Assembly (NCBI RefSeq): GCF_041146345.1
Contig: NW_027191419.1
Coordinates: 496,001-560,000, forward strand
Origin: Neodothiora populina
Lineage: Eukaryota
Direction of reading: 5' to 3'
Length of the DNA stretch: 64,000 nucleotides
The notes under the pieces are model-generated. The model was given only the letters and a program-made list of their open reading frames with translations. It searched no databases and was not told the DNA's origin. Both the position numbers and the translations under genes were made by a program. Shown here piece after piece: positions 10,501 through 22,193 of this stretch (position 1 is the first letter of the stretch; each line of letters opens with the position of its first letter).

Positions 10501-13482
10501 CGTTGTCAAAGAAGGTACAGCCGAGGAAGTACTAATTGAAGTCGTCGAGACAGGGATAGTTGAATTCGTCGTGATCGTGACAACAATCGTTGTCATCAGA
10601 GACGACGAAGTCAAGTTCGCAGACGGAGATGTAACCACGGATATTGTGGAGGTTGGCAACGATACTGTCGAAATTGGCAACGACAACGTGATCGATAGTG
10701 TGGAAGTGGAAGAAGAGGATTCGGAGGATGACAGTGACGTGGAAGTCATAGAAGTCGTTACATTCAGGGACAAGGACGTCGGAATCAGACTTGAAGAAGT
10801 AGCGCCTGTGGTATTCAAAGACAACGAAGTCGGAATGATAGTAGATGTGAGACTCGTGGCATTCGACGTTGTCATTGTACTGTTGATAACAGGAGACGAA
10901 GAGGACGAAGTCAAAGAAGTCGTGTTCGAACTCGAATATATCGACGTCGAAGTAACATTCTGAGACACCGTAGAAGTCGTGATCACAGTTGTAGTGTTCG
11001 CAACAACAGAAGTAGGCATTGAGCCTGATGTACCTGTCATGGACGAGTTCGAGCGAGTCGTGGTCATGCTAGTTGTATTCAGCACGCTGGTAGTATTAGC
11101 GAGAGCTGTAGTAAAAGTTGCACTAGTCGTATTCGAGGCGCTCGTAATGTTCACAGCAGTCGTTGAATTAGCTGGGACAGTGGTGATTGTCGAAAGGCTA
11201 GCAGATGTTGTTGTCGTCGTCGAAGTGTTTCCATAGTACACAGCGTAGACTGTGGTGCTGCCAGCAGACTGCATTGTGCCGGGTATGTTGTGCAAGTAAC
11301 AAAACCCTGTCACCATGTCTGCGTTGTCTGCAGCGTAGCTGAAAGTGACGCATGTGCTATCAGCGTCACAAGCTACCATGCAGCCATTGATGCCGTTCGA
11401 GGTTGTCTTGATAGATGTCGCAGGAGCATTGGTATCGGAGCTGCAGTATACACGATATGCTCTCATGTTGGTATCTGTGAATGTAGTGTGGTCCATCCCG
11501 GGACAAGTAGAGCCGGTTGCCGCCGGAAACCCTGTGGCCAAAGACGAAGACGGAAGGCCGGTCGCAGGTGACGCTCTGATAGCGCCAACGTAGGAGTCGG
11601 TGCCAGACATGAACCTCATGGCTGAAGTCATATTAGACTTGATGTAGCAGTTGCCTGCACCCGCCCCAAATGAATTTGCCGCTCCGACGAACGTGAATCC
11701 ATTGCAACCGACTATACCGTCGCATACAGCAAAACATTGATTGAAACCGTTCGTGACTGAGCGACCGCTACCAGGGCCAGTCGTATCGTTGCCGCAGCCA
11801 ATGAGATACTGAGCGCCATAGCTGTCCACGATCGTGTTCTGATTGTTCGCAGGGCAAGAGTATGCGCTGGAGCTCGCAGTGGTTCCAGATGTAGTTGCAG
11901 GTGTAGTAGCAGTTGTGATAGTGGAAGATGTGTTGACGAAGATGCCGGTAGCCGATGTCGATATGGAAGAGGTCGTAGAACTTGTGCCCATGCCAGAGCT
12001 GACGGCGACTCCAGCTATACTACAAACAGCACTCAAGGTTGCGTAATCAACATTCGGTCCGTTTGGATTCGTGAATCTGTAGAAGTGATTCAGGAACGCG
12101 GTCGCAGAGTCAATTGGAGCTCCGCTATTGGCACCATCACGAGCCCTGACATTTGCCCAAGCGTGGATCCAAGCTGCTAGTCTGTAGTGCGTCACGATGC
12201 CCTGAATGCCGTTTGCAGCTCCAAATTCATACTTTGTTGCTCGTCCGTTCACCAACGTCGTCGTTACGTTGCTTGACGACTGACCGTCGCGTAGAGACCT
12301 AAAGTGACGTCAGTTATAGCATGTGAAGAGTGGCACATACGTATCAACGAACCAGTCAGTAACGGCATGGGGAAGGGCAGGAAGACAATATCCACGACGA
12401 CCGCCACCAAAATATGGGATCGTATCATCAGCGTCACCATGGATCTCCATCCATGGGACATTGAGCCTTCCAGGGTTGCAAACCGGCTGTATGATCGTGT
12501 TGGTGAGCTCAGTATAGGGAACATTATTTATACAAGTCGTGTCGGTGGTGTTCGCATACATGGCTCCTGAGGAGATGCCGAATGCTGCGAATCTCGTCGA
12601 CATGTTTGGATCACAAGCGAGAACGTTGGTGAAGCCACCACCATTGGAATGTCCCGAAGCGAATATCCTACCGGTATCAATGCAATAGGAGGCAGAGAGA
12701 CTGGTAATGAGTGCGTCCACAAAGCCAATATCATCGACCGGATACTTTGCGAAGTCTGGATCCGCAGCCCAGGTGCCCTGAGGGAAAATCAGTCAAGTAT
12801 GGCAAGTCGATCCGGAGAGGTAGCTTACGTTAACTCCATTGGGGTACACAGAGATACCATATGGATTGAACTTCGGAAGAGAATATCCGGACTCTGATTC
12901 CATGGCAGTACCAGTTTCTCCCTTGCCATGGAAAGTGATCAGGAGTGGAGCGGCCTTGTTCGGATCATAAGTTACAGGTATGTTGATCCTGTAATTGCGA
13001 ACCCTGCCATCCGGTGCCGTGAAGGTCATAGACGTAGTAGCACCTCCCGCAGACATACCAGCAGTTAAAGGAGATCCACAGCCTTTGCTCGCCAAGGCAT
13101 AATTCGCAACGGGAGGGGGATATGGAGGCGTGCCAGCGTATGAACACAGGACAGCGCTCTGTACGCCTGACTTTGAGAAGACTCCAGAGTAACCATTCTT
13201 CAAGTAGCAATTTCCAGCACTGTAAGAAACATGCACACAACTAGCGGTAGTATCGCACAAGGCCATACATGCTGCGAAGCCGGTGACCGATATCGTCGAG
13301 AAAGCCCCGGTATTACCGTCCGAGCCGCAAAACACGATGTAACTCGCATTGTTACTAGATATATAAGGACTATTGTACAGCCCTGGACAGGGAGCACCAG
13401 AAGTCGACTGCGATCGAGAGAAATGAGGCAAAGTAAAGAGTGTGAGGGCCACAACCCATAGGGACTGCAACGACCGTACCAT
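7594..13482 (-). CDS. Giant secreted protein (~1874 aa): signal peptide, CE1-like (feruloyl esterase/PHB depolymerase-type) alpha/beta hydrolase, five Cys-rich PAN/apple-like modules, long Ser/Thr-rich linkers; exons 13482-12829, 12777-12353, 12298-10135, 10073-9883, 9835-7776, 7724-7594
   Basis: Five ORF-track fragments plus a short last exon join through GT-AG introns into 5625 nt (1875 codons). Hydrophobic N-terminus MVRSLQSLWVVALTLFTL. Motifs PLLITFHG, GHSNGGG nucleophile, EIHGDADDTI and WIHAW. Confidence 0.88.
7898..8014 (+). repeat. Compound microsatellite (GAA)31(GAT)8 encoding poly-Ser on the minus strand
   Basis: Pure GAA run 7898-7990, then GAT run 7991-8014, inside exon 5 of the esterase gene. 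Confidence 0.97.
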
Positions 13483-14300
13483 GTTCGCGATTGACTCTGG
13501 TAGGACAGCGAATGGATATCTCAAAGACCTTGAGGTTTAGGAAAGATGGTGAACAGACATGTGAGAAGGAGACCATGGGAGAAAAACAATCGAGGGCCAG
13601 AGGAATGTAAGAGACCTACATACATAACAACGGAGGTCTAGCCTCGTATACGGACAGCCATGCATTCCATGGAGCATATGCAAATCAAATGTGAATTTGA
13701 GAAATGTAGGAAACGAATCACTATGACCTGACCTACCTTCGCCACTGGGCACGAGGTGAACCCCCCATGATGACACAGACAGTGGATTACTTTGAAAGGA
13801 GAAATATCGATATCGATGTTGGCATGCATAGAAGACTTACTTGGTTCTTGTACTTCTCCGGCACATGTGGTAATCACAAGGGTCAATCGAGTTGAGGGTC
13901 TGCTGGAAGGAGAGGCTGGAAGGAACGACGGTCGAAGCGACCAAAAGCCCTTGCTTCAAACGCACTCTTGGCGTCCAGAACATCAGTTTCTCTACTTCTG
14001 CAACGATGCCAGAAGCGTCACATCGGGGCGAGAACATGCATACATGGCTAGGGGTACAATAGCTTGTCATGTTAAAATCAGCAATGTGTCTCATTTTACT
14101 AACTAGCTATGAACCATTTTTGGAAGATGAAGTCTCTGACAAGAGACGTCAGATCATAATAGAAACGTAGATGTGCAGTGTTCGTTCGTGATGTACATCG
14201 TGACTAGGTAACAGGTCATGAAAGGGGTCTTGTTCTGCCTGTGTTTGTTAGAAAGGGTATGATAACGGCGGGCGCCATGCATGTCGACGACTTACATTAT

Positions 14301-16183
14301 CTAAAGTCTACTGCCATGAACAATCTTGTAGTCGACAGCAAGCTCGCGGCCATCGTCATCAATGACAAGGACTCGCACGCTTCCACGACCGTTGTCGAAA
14401 GACTCGGTGAGACGGGCAAGAAGGTTGGACTGGTCCAAGACTGGCAGGCCTTGCTTGACATCACCGGTCTCGGTCATAGCGACAACCTGGCCATCGTCAC
14501 GGATATCCAAGACACGGTACTGCTTGAAGACAGGTCCAAGCATGTTCTGGACGACAACAGAGGGAGAGGGGTTGGAGATGAAGCTCGACTCCTCATTGAG
14601 CTGCTTGGTGAACAGGTCGACACCAAGGTAACGGTGCTGACCAGTCTGAGCGGACGTGGTGATACGAATAACCTGGCAAGGACGACCTTGCAAGATCAAC
14701 AAGTCACCGATGCGGATGTGGTGGCAAGGGATGGTGATGGTGTTCTGGGAGGAACCGCCATAGCGGGCGGCGGGAGCAAAGGGACGAGAGCCAGACATGG
14801 TGATCTCGTGCTCTTCAAGGGGAACGTCTTCTAGGTTTTGGGGGTGTTGGGGTTGGTGGGGTTGGTGGAGGTGGTGGTGATGGTGGTGGTGATCGGCTCC
14901 GTGGATGGGGTGGAGGATGCGATCAGCAGCGCGGTGGAGGCCGTGGCGGATGGAGTGGTGGTGACCTTCGTCGTCGTAGTATCCCATGAAACCTCTGCGT
15001 TTCCTTGGGGGATCGACGCTGGTGCGGGTGTCGATCTGGGCTCGGAACGAGTTACGGGCCGCAGGCGATGATGTTGCTGGTGCCGAGGGCAAAGCAGTCA
15101 CAGGTGCTGATGCTGATGCTGGGGCAGCGTAGGACTTCTCGGTGCGAGCTGCAAAGGACTCCGGGTAAGGAGGCTGGCGTTGTTGACGGGAAGTTGGGTA
15201 GTCGTCGGCAAAAGGACTGGTACGTTGACGATAACCTCGTTCGGCTGCGTCAATGTTGCTTTCCAAGTGTGTGGCAGGGCGGTGAGAGGTAGGATATTCA
15301 CGGTCCCAAGTCTTGTCCTGGACGTTGATCTGTGCGTTGTCGTAGCGTTGGTATGGCTGACGGTAGCTGATAGGTTAAATAGTATTAGCAAGGATGTGCT
15401 TGGGTGTCAATGATATTGATGCTTTGACAGTGACGATGATGGAAGGTCCGGGTTGATGGTTGATGATCGAGGCAGGAGCAGTAGCAGTAGCATCCGCACG
15501 AGCGTCAGCACCAGCAGCACCAGCAATCAAGTCAGACGTATGATGTTGACGTGGCAACACACTAGTGAGTGGAGTGATGAAGCCATCTGCACGGCCAAGG
15601 CGGGAGTAGCATCCCGAGGATAGATTGATTGAGGGGGCTGGTTGGGGGGCAATGATGTGCAGACAGAAAACAGCAACTGATCTGATTGCGTGAGACTCAC
15701 CTCTGGCTCTGGTTGTCGCGGGGTGGCTGGGTGAAGCGGTCTTCCTCGTGGATAGAGACTCTCTCTTCGCGCCGACCGGAACGGCGAGGGGCTGATTCCT
15801 CGTAGACGCTGACCTCCTCCTCGAAGCGGTGGTCTTGACGGGGGTCAGGAAGCTGAGAAGAGGGTGAACGAGTTTCGTGACCTTCCCGTCCGACGCGCGA
15901 AGTGGAAAGGTTGACCTGCTCGTCTACCTTGAGCTCTGTAGACTGGTTGACAGTATCACTCCTATACGAGGACGGGAAGACTGTGATGGATCAGCTCTGC
16001 TTCTTGAGTGTTGCTGTTTGCATGTATCCCCTCATCGGACTTACCACTGAAGGGGATGGGGACCTGTTGCTCATCTGTCAGCGCTGATGCTCTATACGAA
16101 GGAGGCATGATGATGCATCCAGGGGACGAAGGCGATCCGAGGACGATAGTTACTAGGGCACTTACTCTTGCGTCAAAATCCAG
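14301..16183 (-). CDS. HEX1: Woronin body major protein HEX1; core from ATG 14987 (MGYYDDEG), with upstream in-frame exons 16183-16166, 16063-16045, 15980-15701, 15366-14301 (long isoform, no AUG start)
   Basis: MGYYDD start, eIF5A-like core TITIPCHHIRIGDLLILQGRPCQVIRI and C-terminal PTS1 SRL. Upstream exons encode LDFDAR/VPIPFSV/FPSSYRSD and have canonical GTAAGT/GTGAGT..CAG introns that keep the frame. Confidence 0.93.
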
Positions 16184-18363
16184 ATTTACCGGATTGAGGG
16201 CGTTCCTTCTTGAAGACCTCTCGAATCGTTACTAGAACAACTCGAAAGGACAACAAGAACGAACTGAAGTCCTTGTTGGGGGTGGGATATAAAGGTTGTT
16301 GTTGATGTGTGTAATGGGAAAAGAGCGCCGATTGAAGCGGAGTGACGAGTGTGATGATGATGGGGTCTTTGCAGAGTACTAATGTGCGGTGAAGACTGCG
16401 ATTGGAGGCGGCGAGGTAGAGCTGTTCTTTCATAAAGCTATGATAACGATGGGTACTGATGATCTGCAGAACAACAGTTCGAATCAACAGCCCGGGTATC
16501 CTAGCGGCTAACGCTTTTAGCGGCGAACGGGTTTGTTAATTTATCAAGCTGTGGAGCTTTGACTGTGACCAGTGGTTGCGGTGCCTTGGGATGAACCCTT
16601 TTCCTGCCACACTCCCCGCCCTCTTTAGGTCCTCGGATGTGATGGACCTGTCTCGAGTCACAGATACAAAGAGTGAAGTAGTCTTACACTAGAATTAAGC
16701 CTCATGCTATTCCCAAGGTTGGTCGCTGGTTGATCCAGGAACGAGGTTTGCGATTCTGCCTTGCGAGCAGAGGACCTGAAATGCACGTGCAGCCGAGATC
16801 CTCGTCTGATAGTCGGATTCACCGCTACAAGTAAGAGACGTCCATTCGCACGTCGATTCTTGATATTGCGATTGCGCAAGTACAGCATTTGCCATTATAG
16901 ACTCCTTGCAGCGGCTTCGAAGCGTTCGATCGAAGCGATCGAAGGCTGCCCGAATGTCAGCTTACCTTACCTGGCTGGGGAAAGTAGTAATCGGATTGTA
17001 CTTTGGGCTCCGACCACTTGCAGACCTCGGACGTGATACAGTAGTTACGGCTTGCATGAACCCACCCCTAATCCTTCTGCTCGTTTTCACTTTACGAGTA
17101 ATTTGAGACTGCATGTGTCGATCTTGCACTACTGTGCTCGTACGGAAAAGCGGACCACCATTTCCCCAACCTTGCTTTGATACCTGAATGGCTGGCTGGC
17201 TGGCTGGGCGTGGCTGGGGCGGGGGGATGGGGGGGGGGGAATAAGAAGCAAGCCACGCGTTTGGGAGAAATCAGGATCAAGCGATTGGTTTAGTGTTGCA
17301 TTCGCAGATTGGACAACAAAGCTGGTCGTAAACAAATAGCGCACACATGTACACAAACCCAATAACAACACAGTTGACAGACAGTATGCCAGAAACCATC
17401 AATTGAGATAGCTGTTATTCAAGAAGAAAACGCATAACGTTCGACGTTCGTCTTTCTGTACCATGGAATTTAAGCTTAGTTGTAGTCACCGTTTGAGCAA
17501 CCGTCGTCGCATGATTCACGATAAGCGAGCCTCGATCGATTATGTGAAGAAGTTCGAGTCCGTAGACCATCCTGTTCGTTGAACACTGCACGAGTGTCTG
17601 ATATCGTAGTAGTCCATGATTTGAATCCAGTATATATCCAGATGAGGAGTTGTGCTGTGCCATATCCTAAATCTGCATCGTCATACAGCAGGTGAGATAC
17701 TGTAAGGTATGCAAAACAATCTCACGTGCGTAACCCTGGTTCTCACAGCATCATAACAAAACGCAACTTTCCAACATGGCAAATCAGTCGTCGATTCCAC
17801 CACCTTCATATGTTTATAACAAGACCTTGAAATTTGGGCTGCGCTCACAAGTCTAACAAATTTTGTTGCAAACAAGGCGACTTTTCTTGATTGGTGGATC
17901 ATGTCCAAGTTCCTCGAGGTAGTAGGGTGACCCTGGTCTCATATCGTAACGACACCGCATGTCTGACACCTTACCAATCGTTGGTATAAGGAGCTTCGGT
18001 GTAGTAGTACTCAGGTTTGTACAATATCTGAGCGTTTTTACATGCTTGGTCTGCTTGATGGTGTGAGAAAGATAAGATACATTAGCTTTGTTCGTGTCAC
18101 AGTTGAGGTGGAAGGGACTGCTGCTGCTAGCCTCAACAGTCGTTATTTGTGATTGCGACACGATTGCAAATCGTATTGCTGGCAGATATAGTGAAGATGA
18201 CAATGCACGACAAACATTACATGAAACTGGATGTGTAGAGAGCTATCGATTCTGGAATATTCTGCACAGCAAAAGACACGTTCGTAATGCAAGTAAAGAA
18301 TCGAATAATGACTACATATCCACAAGTCTAGTATGCCTCCTTCAGGCTGAGAATACCACTCCT

Positions 18364-20625
18364 CTACCGCTTCTTCTTTAATTTCTTTGGCCCAGGCGGC
18401 GGCGTGTCCCCAACTGCCCGTAAAGTCTGCGCAGCTGTGCTCTCTCGAATCACTACACCCTGAGCTGCCGCTGCCTTGCCCTGACCCAGACTGATACCTC
18501 GAAGACCCACACTGGTGTGGTCCACCGATCGCAGGCTATCTATACTCCTTCTCGACACGTGTGAGCTCCGATCGTCCTGTCCGTTGTACGGCAATGCTGT
18601 CGAGGAAGGTTGCGTAACAGTGGTCGCATCTTTGGCTTGTGGAGGCGACGGGGATTCGGAGGTACCAGCTACCTCGTCCGATGACCACCACCCTTCGGGC
18701 CGGGATGTAGTGGACTTCTCAGTGATTTGAGATGCGACTGGTGAGTCTGGCACTGGAGGAGATTGGCGGGGTACACTCCTGACGGGCACTCTACTGCTTG
18801 AGGGTCTCGAGTGAGGTGAGGTGGTCGAACGAAGAGCGATAGGGGAGAGAGACGAATCCGTCTCGTTTCCTGCCGTGCGGTCTGTGTCCAAAAGCATAGC
18901 GCGTTTCGACACCGGCGAGCCCTTCCCATCCTCTGAATATGTTGAAGGGCGGTTTTCGAGAAGGAATTGGTTGCGGAAAACTCTGTAAGGAGAGTCGAGG
19001 GTCTTCCTGCCAGGCAAAGATGCGTAGAAGTCCAGAGCCTCTAAGACATGAGGAAACACCATCTTGTCCACATCCGATGCCCATAAGAAGTCCAGATGCT
19101 CGTAGTGGGGTATCTCCTTTGCTACAGTATGTCTGGGAAGCTCCTTCAGCATGACTTTGATGTTGACTAGACTGTCACTGCCGCCGTAAACGAGCACGAT
19201 AGGCGTCTTGATATTCCGTGTAGGATATTTGGCCACCTTGTAATACTTTGCGCCTGCTGATATTGAGAGTGGAGCTTGTACTTCATCGTCATACATCTGG
19301 AACGTGCCATTCCTGATGATCTGAAGCCAGTGCACCACAGACTTTGTGCTGCTGAACGAAAACAAGTGAGGGTAGGCGGCAAGCTTCTGATATTCGGTGA
19401 TGTTGCGCGCATGCCAGCCGAACAGATACTTCAAGCTCAGATCGATTACCCAGGTGAAGATTGCCGGGTAGAGAAGAGCTTGCCACATGGTTGTACTACT
19501 CAATATCGCTTTGCGTCCGAAGGCCAAGAATAGCACTTCCGGCGAGGCCTTGATGAAAGAGCTCACTATACCTGATGCGAGACCGGGTGGGGCCATCGCA
19601 GGCGCAAGAGCAATGAAGACATCGACCTTGTCGTTCAGGTTTGGATGGATGGACAGGGTCGCAAATGCCTGCGCAGTCCCTTGCGAGAAGCCAATGTAGG
19701 AGAGAGAAGGCTGATGCGTGGTTGCCAGAATATAGTCAATGCTGTCGGGAATATCGTGGAAGGCGAATTGGTCTATGGAGTAGTTCCAGAAGTCTGGGCT
19801 TGTAGGTGAATGGTGAACGCTCTTCTTCGAGTACTTGTTTCCACGATTGTTTCCCAGCTATTGCTTGTTAGATTGAACCAGCGCAGCGGCACATCGAACA
19901 AGCCAAACGGACTCACCCAGACATCGTAACCCTGTTCTACCAGTACGAAAGGTAGACATCGCTCTTTCTCGGTTAGACACACCCAGACCTCGCTGTTCAT
20001 CATAAGACCATGATGAAGGTAAGCGACCCTTTTCCGTAAACTGCCTTCTCCACTGTTGACTCGTTGGTCTTCTTCACCTCTGCGCCAGCCGAGTCGATGT
20101 AAGCCTAGGAGATATCCATCCTTGGTCTGCACGATGTGCTCTTCAGCGTAATAGCCATAGAGCTCGCAGAGTTCAACGAAGTCTGCTGCGTCGGCAATTG
20201 GTCCAGAGACGCCTGTGTCGGTCAGCCTCCTGGTCCGGCATGAAAGAACGAAAAAAGCAGAGCAGCCCACCTTTCTTCCTGTCTCGCGACTTCTTTCCCT
20301 GAGAGGAAGACAAGTAGTTGAATACTCTTCGGGAACAACCATATAAGAAACGAATGACGGGCCGGGCTATCTGCTGTCAGCACCGATGCGATTCTAGCAG
20401 GAGTAGCCGAATTATATATCTCCTTACGCAGGGCCAGGGTAATAACCCTCACAACGATTTCCAAGCCGATCAGGATGAAGGAGCCCACAAGGGCGAGATA
20501 TTCAGGGCTAGGGGCGGTAGTCTCAGTATAGCGCTACTTTCTAAGACGACGTGCATTGAGCAGAACAGGAGAACAGGCTGCCAGACATACAGATATAACC
20601 TCCCGATCAGTGGTACGCGTGGCAT
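18364..20625 (-). CDS. Ab-hydrolase-associated lipase / sterol esterase (Tgl1/Yeh family), 5 exons, N-terminal membrane anchor
   Basis: MPRVPLIGRLYL|PEYLALVGSF; EEHIVQTKDGYLLGLHR; HHGLMMNSEVW; GYDVW|LGNNRGNKYS; YIGFSQG nucleophile; GSDSLV; YEHLDFLWA. Four GT-AG introns keep the frame. Confidence 0.93.
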
Positions 20626-21384
20626 GACAATGGCCAAGCGCTGCGCAACTCTTCAAGTCGCGCGAAGATGGAGGTGGGTGATTTATATAGCGGCAAAGAG
20701 CAACGCCGCTCGGTGGCGTTTGGAGACTTGTGCTTCGACTCCGATGTGCTTGGATATCAACTGCGGAGAAGGTGGCAGCATTGGCTCATGTCGGGTGCAG
20801 CAATATGCAGTGAGGTGTCGAGACATGCATGCACCCAGGGATTCTTTCGCAGCAACAGCCGGATATGAGACGGGGACTGTGGTACAAAAGCAGCCGCGAT
20901 GCTGTAAATGCAGTGGAAACGGCAACTACGAGATTGACATCATCACCCACTTTCCCCTTATGCTCTCTCACTTTCAGCATGTGAAAGCGCTCGGCCACAA
21001 AGCTTGGCATTTCTCGGGTCAGCAGAATACTGGGGGAAAGAAGCTACAGACGATTAAAGACAAGGCAGGTACGGATAGACGTCTATGCATTAATTAATGG
21101 TCGTCGAATCCGAGGTATTGTTGTTCATCGAGACTTGTCGATAATTCGGTTGCGACTGTGAGCGCTCGCCCCAACATTATAGTAACATATCGGAAGAGGA
21201 GGCCAATTCATCGTACGACCAACAGATTAAATTTCCCGAAGCGGATCCGCATTCCGCAACCTGGCGCATCCGCGTGTCATACATCCGACACAAATCATCA
21301 GCGGCGAAAAGACCACCAGCCCACCTCATCAAGACTCATTCCATCGAACCCCGCCCCTCGGCCGGGCCTCGATTCGTTCACACC

Positions 21385-21824
21385 ATGCCATCTTCCTGCA
21401 AAGATATTCGTACGCAAAAACCCTTTCCCCCTCAAGCCCGCGACATGACGCATGGCAAGAGAAAAGAAAAGAACACAAAAGTCCTGATGAGGAATGAAAA
21501 CCAATAGGTGCCGCTCTGGCCGAATGCCTTCAAAACTCCGACTGCGTCATGGTGTACCAGAACTCTGCAGCCGACTGTCTTCGACCGCCGCTCGTTGACA
21601 CCTTACCGACCCGCTGCTTGCAGCTGAAGAAGGGCTATGGCGAATGTAAGAGAGGCATGGTCGATATGCGCAAGAGATTCAGAGGCAACAAGCCCATCGC
21701 CGCGAGTACGGAAATCGAAGCCGGTGCAGATAATCCCAAACATCAATTATATGCTGGAAAGAGCGCGTTCGGCGATGTCAAGACGACAGATGGGAAAGAT
21801 GCACCTCCCGAGGATGATTCGTGA
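21385..21824 (+). CDS. PET191: Cytochrome c oxidase assembly factor Pet191/COA5 (Cx9C-type twin-Cys protein), 113 aa; exons 21385-21409, 21508-21824
   Basis: Spliced product MPSSCKDIRAALAECLQNSDCVMV...CLRPPLVDTLPTRCLQLKKGYGECKRGMVDMRKRFRGN. Intron GTACGC(21410)..TAG(21507). Total 342 nt, in frame. Confidence 0.93.
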
Positions 21825-22193
21825 GAGGCGCCTGTTTTACTGGAGTGTAAGATACACGTAAAAAGATCATGATGCATAGAGACTTCAGCACGTGTACCAG
21901 AAGCGGGCCTTACTGGTGTCCGATCACGATTTCCGAGGCGAAGCAGACGACCGAGGAGACCAATATTTCGATTTCACACAACATGTACATTTGACTGTCA
22001 CCGCAGCCATCCGATGCCGCGGGCAGTAAGCTAGATCAAGTCCCCGCGCGATGCCAGATAACCGATACCCATAAGTCGTTCCAGCACATACTCATCATAC
22101 ACGACTTCACGACTGCCAAAGCGACCTTCACAGCTAATAAGAGTACAATCGTCAGCCCTGCTAGTGCCCAGTGTATAGCCAAAGAGCGCGAGC

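Noticed and set aside
7836..11236. Poly-Lys/Met and V/E/D/L-rich plus-strand ORFs
   Set aside because: Reverse-complement read-outs of the Ser/Thr-rich exons and the microsatellite.
16173..16487. ORF with ATG at 16433 as the start of long HEX1
   Set aside because: It is in a different frame and stops at 16173. I found no convincing intron to shift it into the HEX1 frame.
16445..16545. GTTCGAATC B-box-like motif and nearby hairpins (tRNA-like?)
   Set aside because: No cloverleaf, acceptor stem or matching A-box could be built.
21483..21500. CTGATGAG..GAAA hammerhead-like core
   Set aside because: No pairing stems; the CTGAT is the branch region of the PET191 intron.
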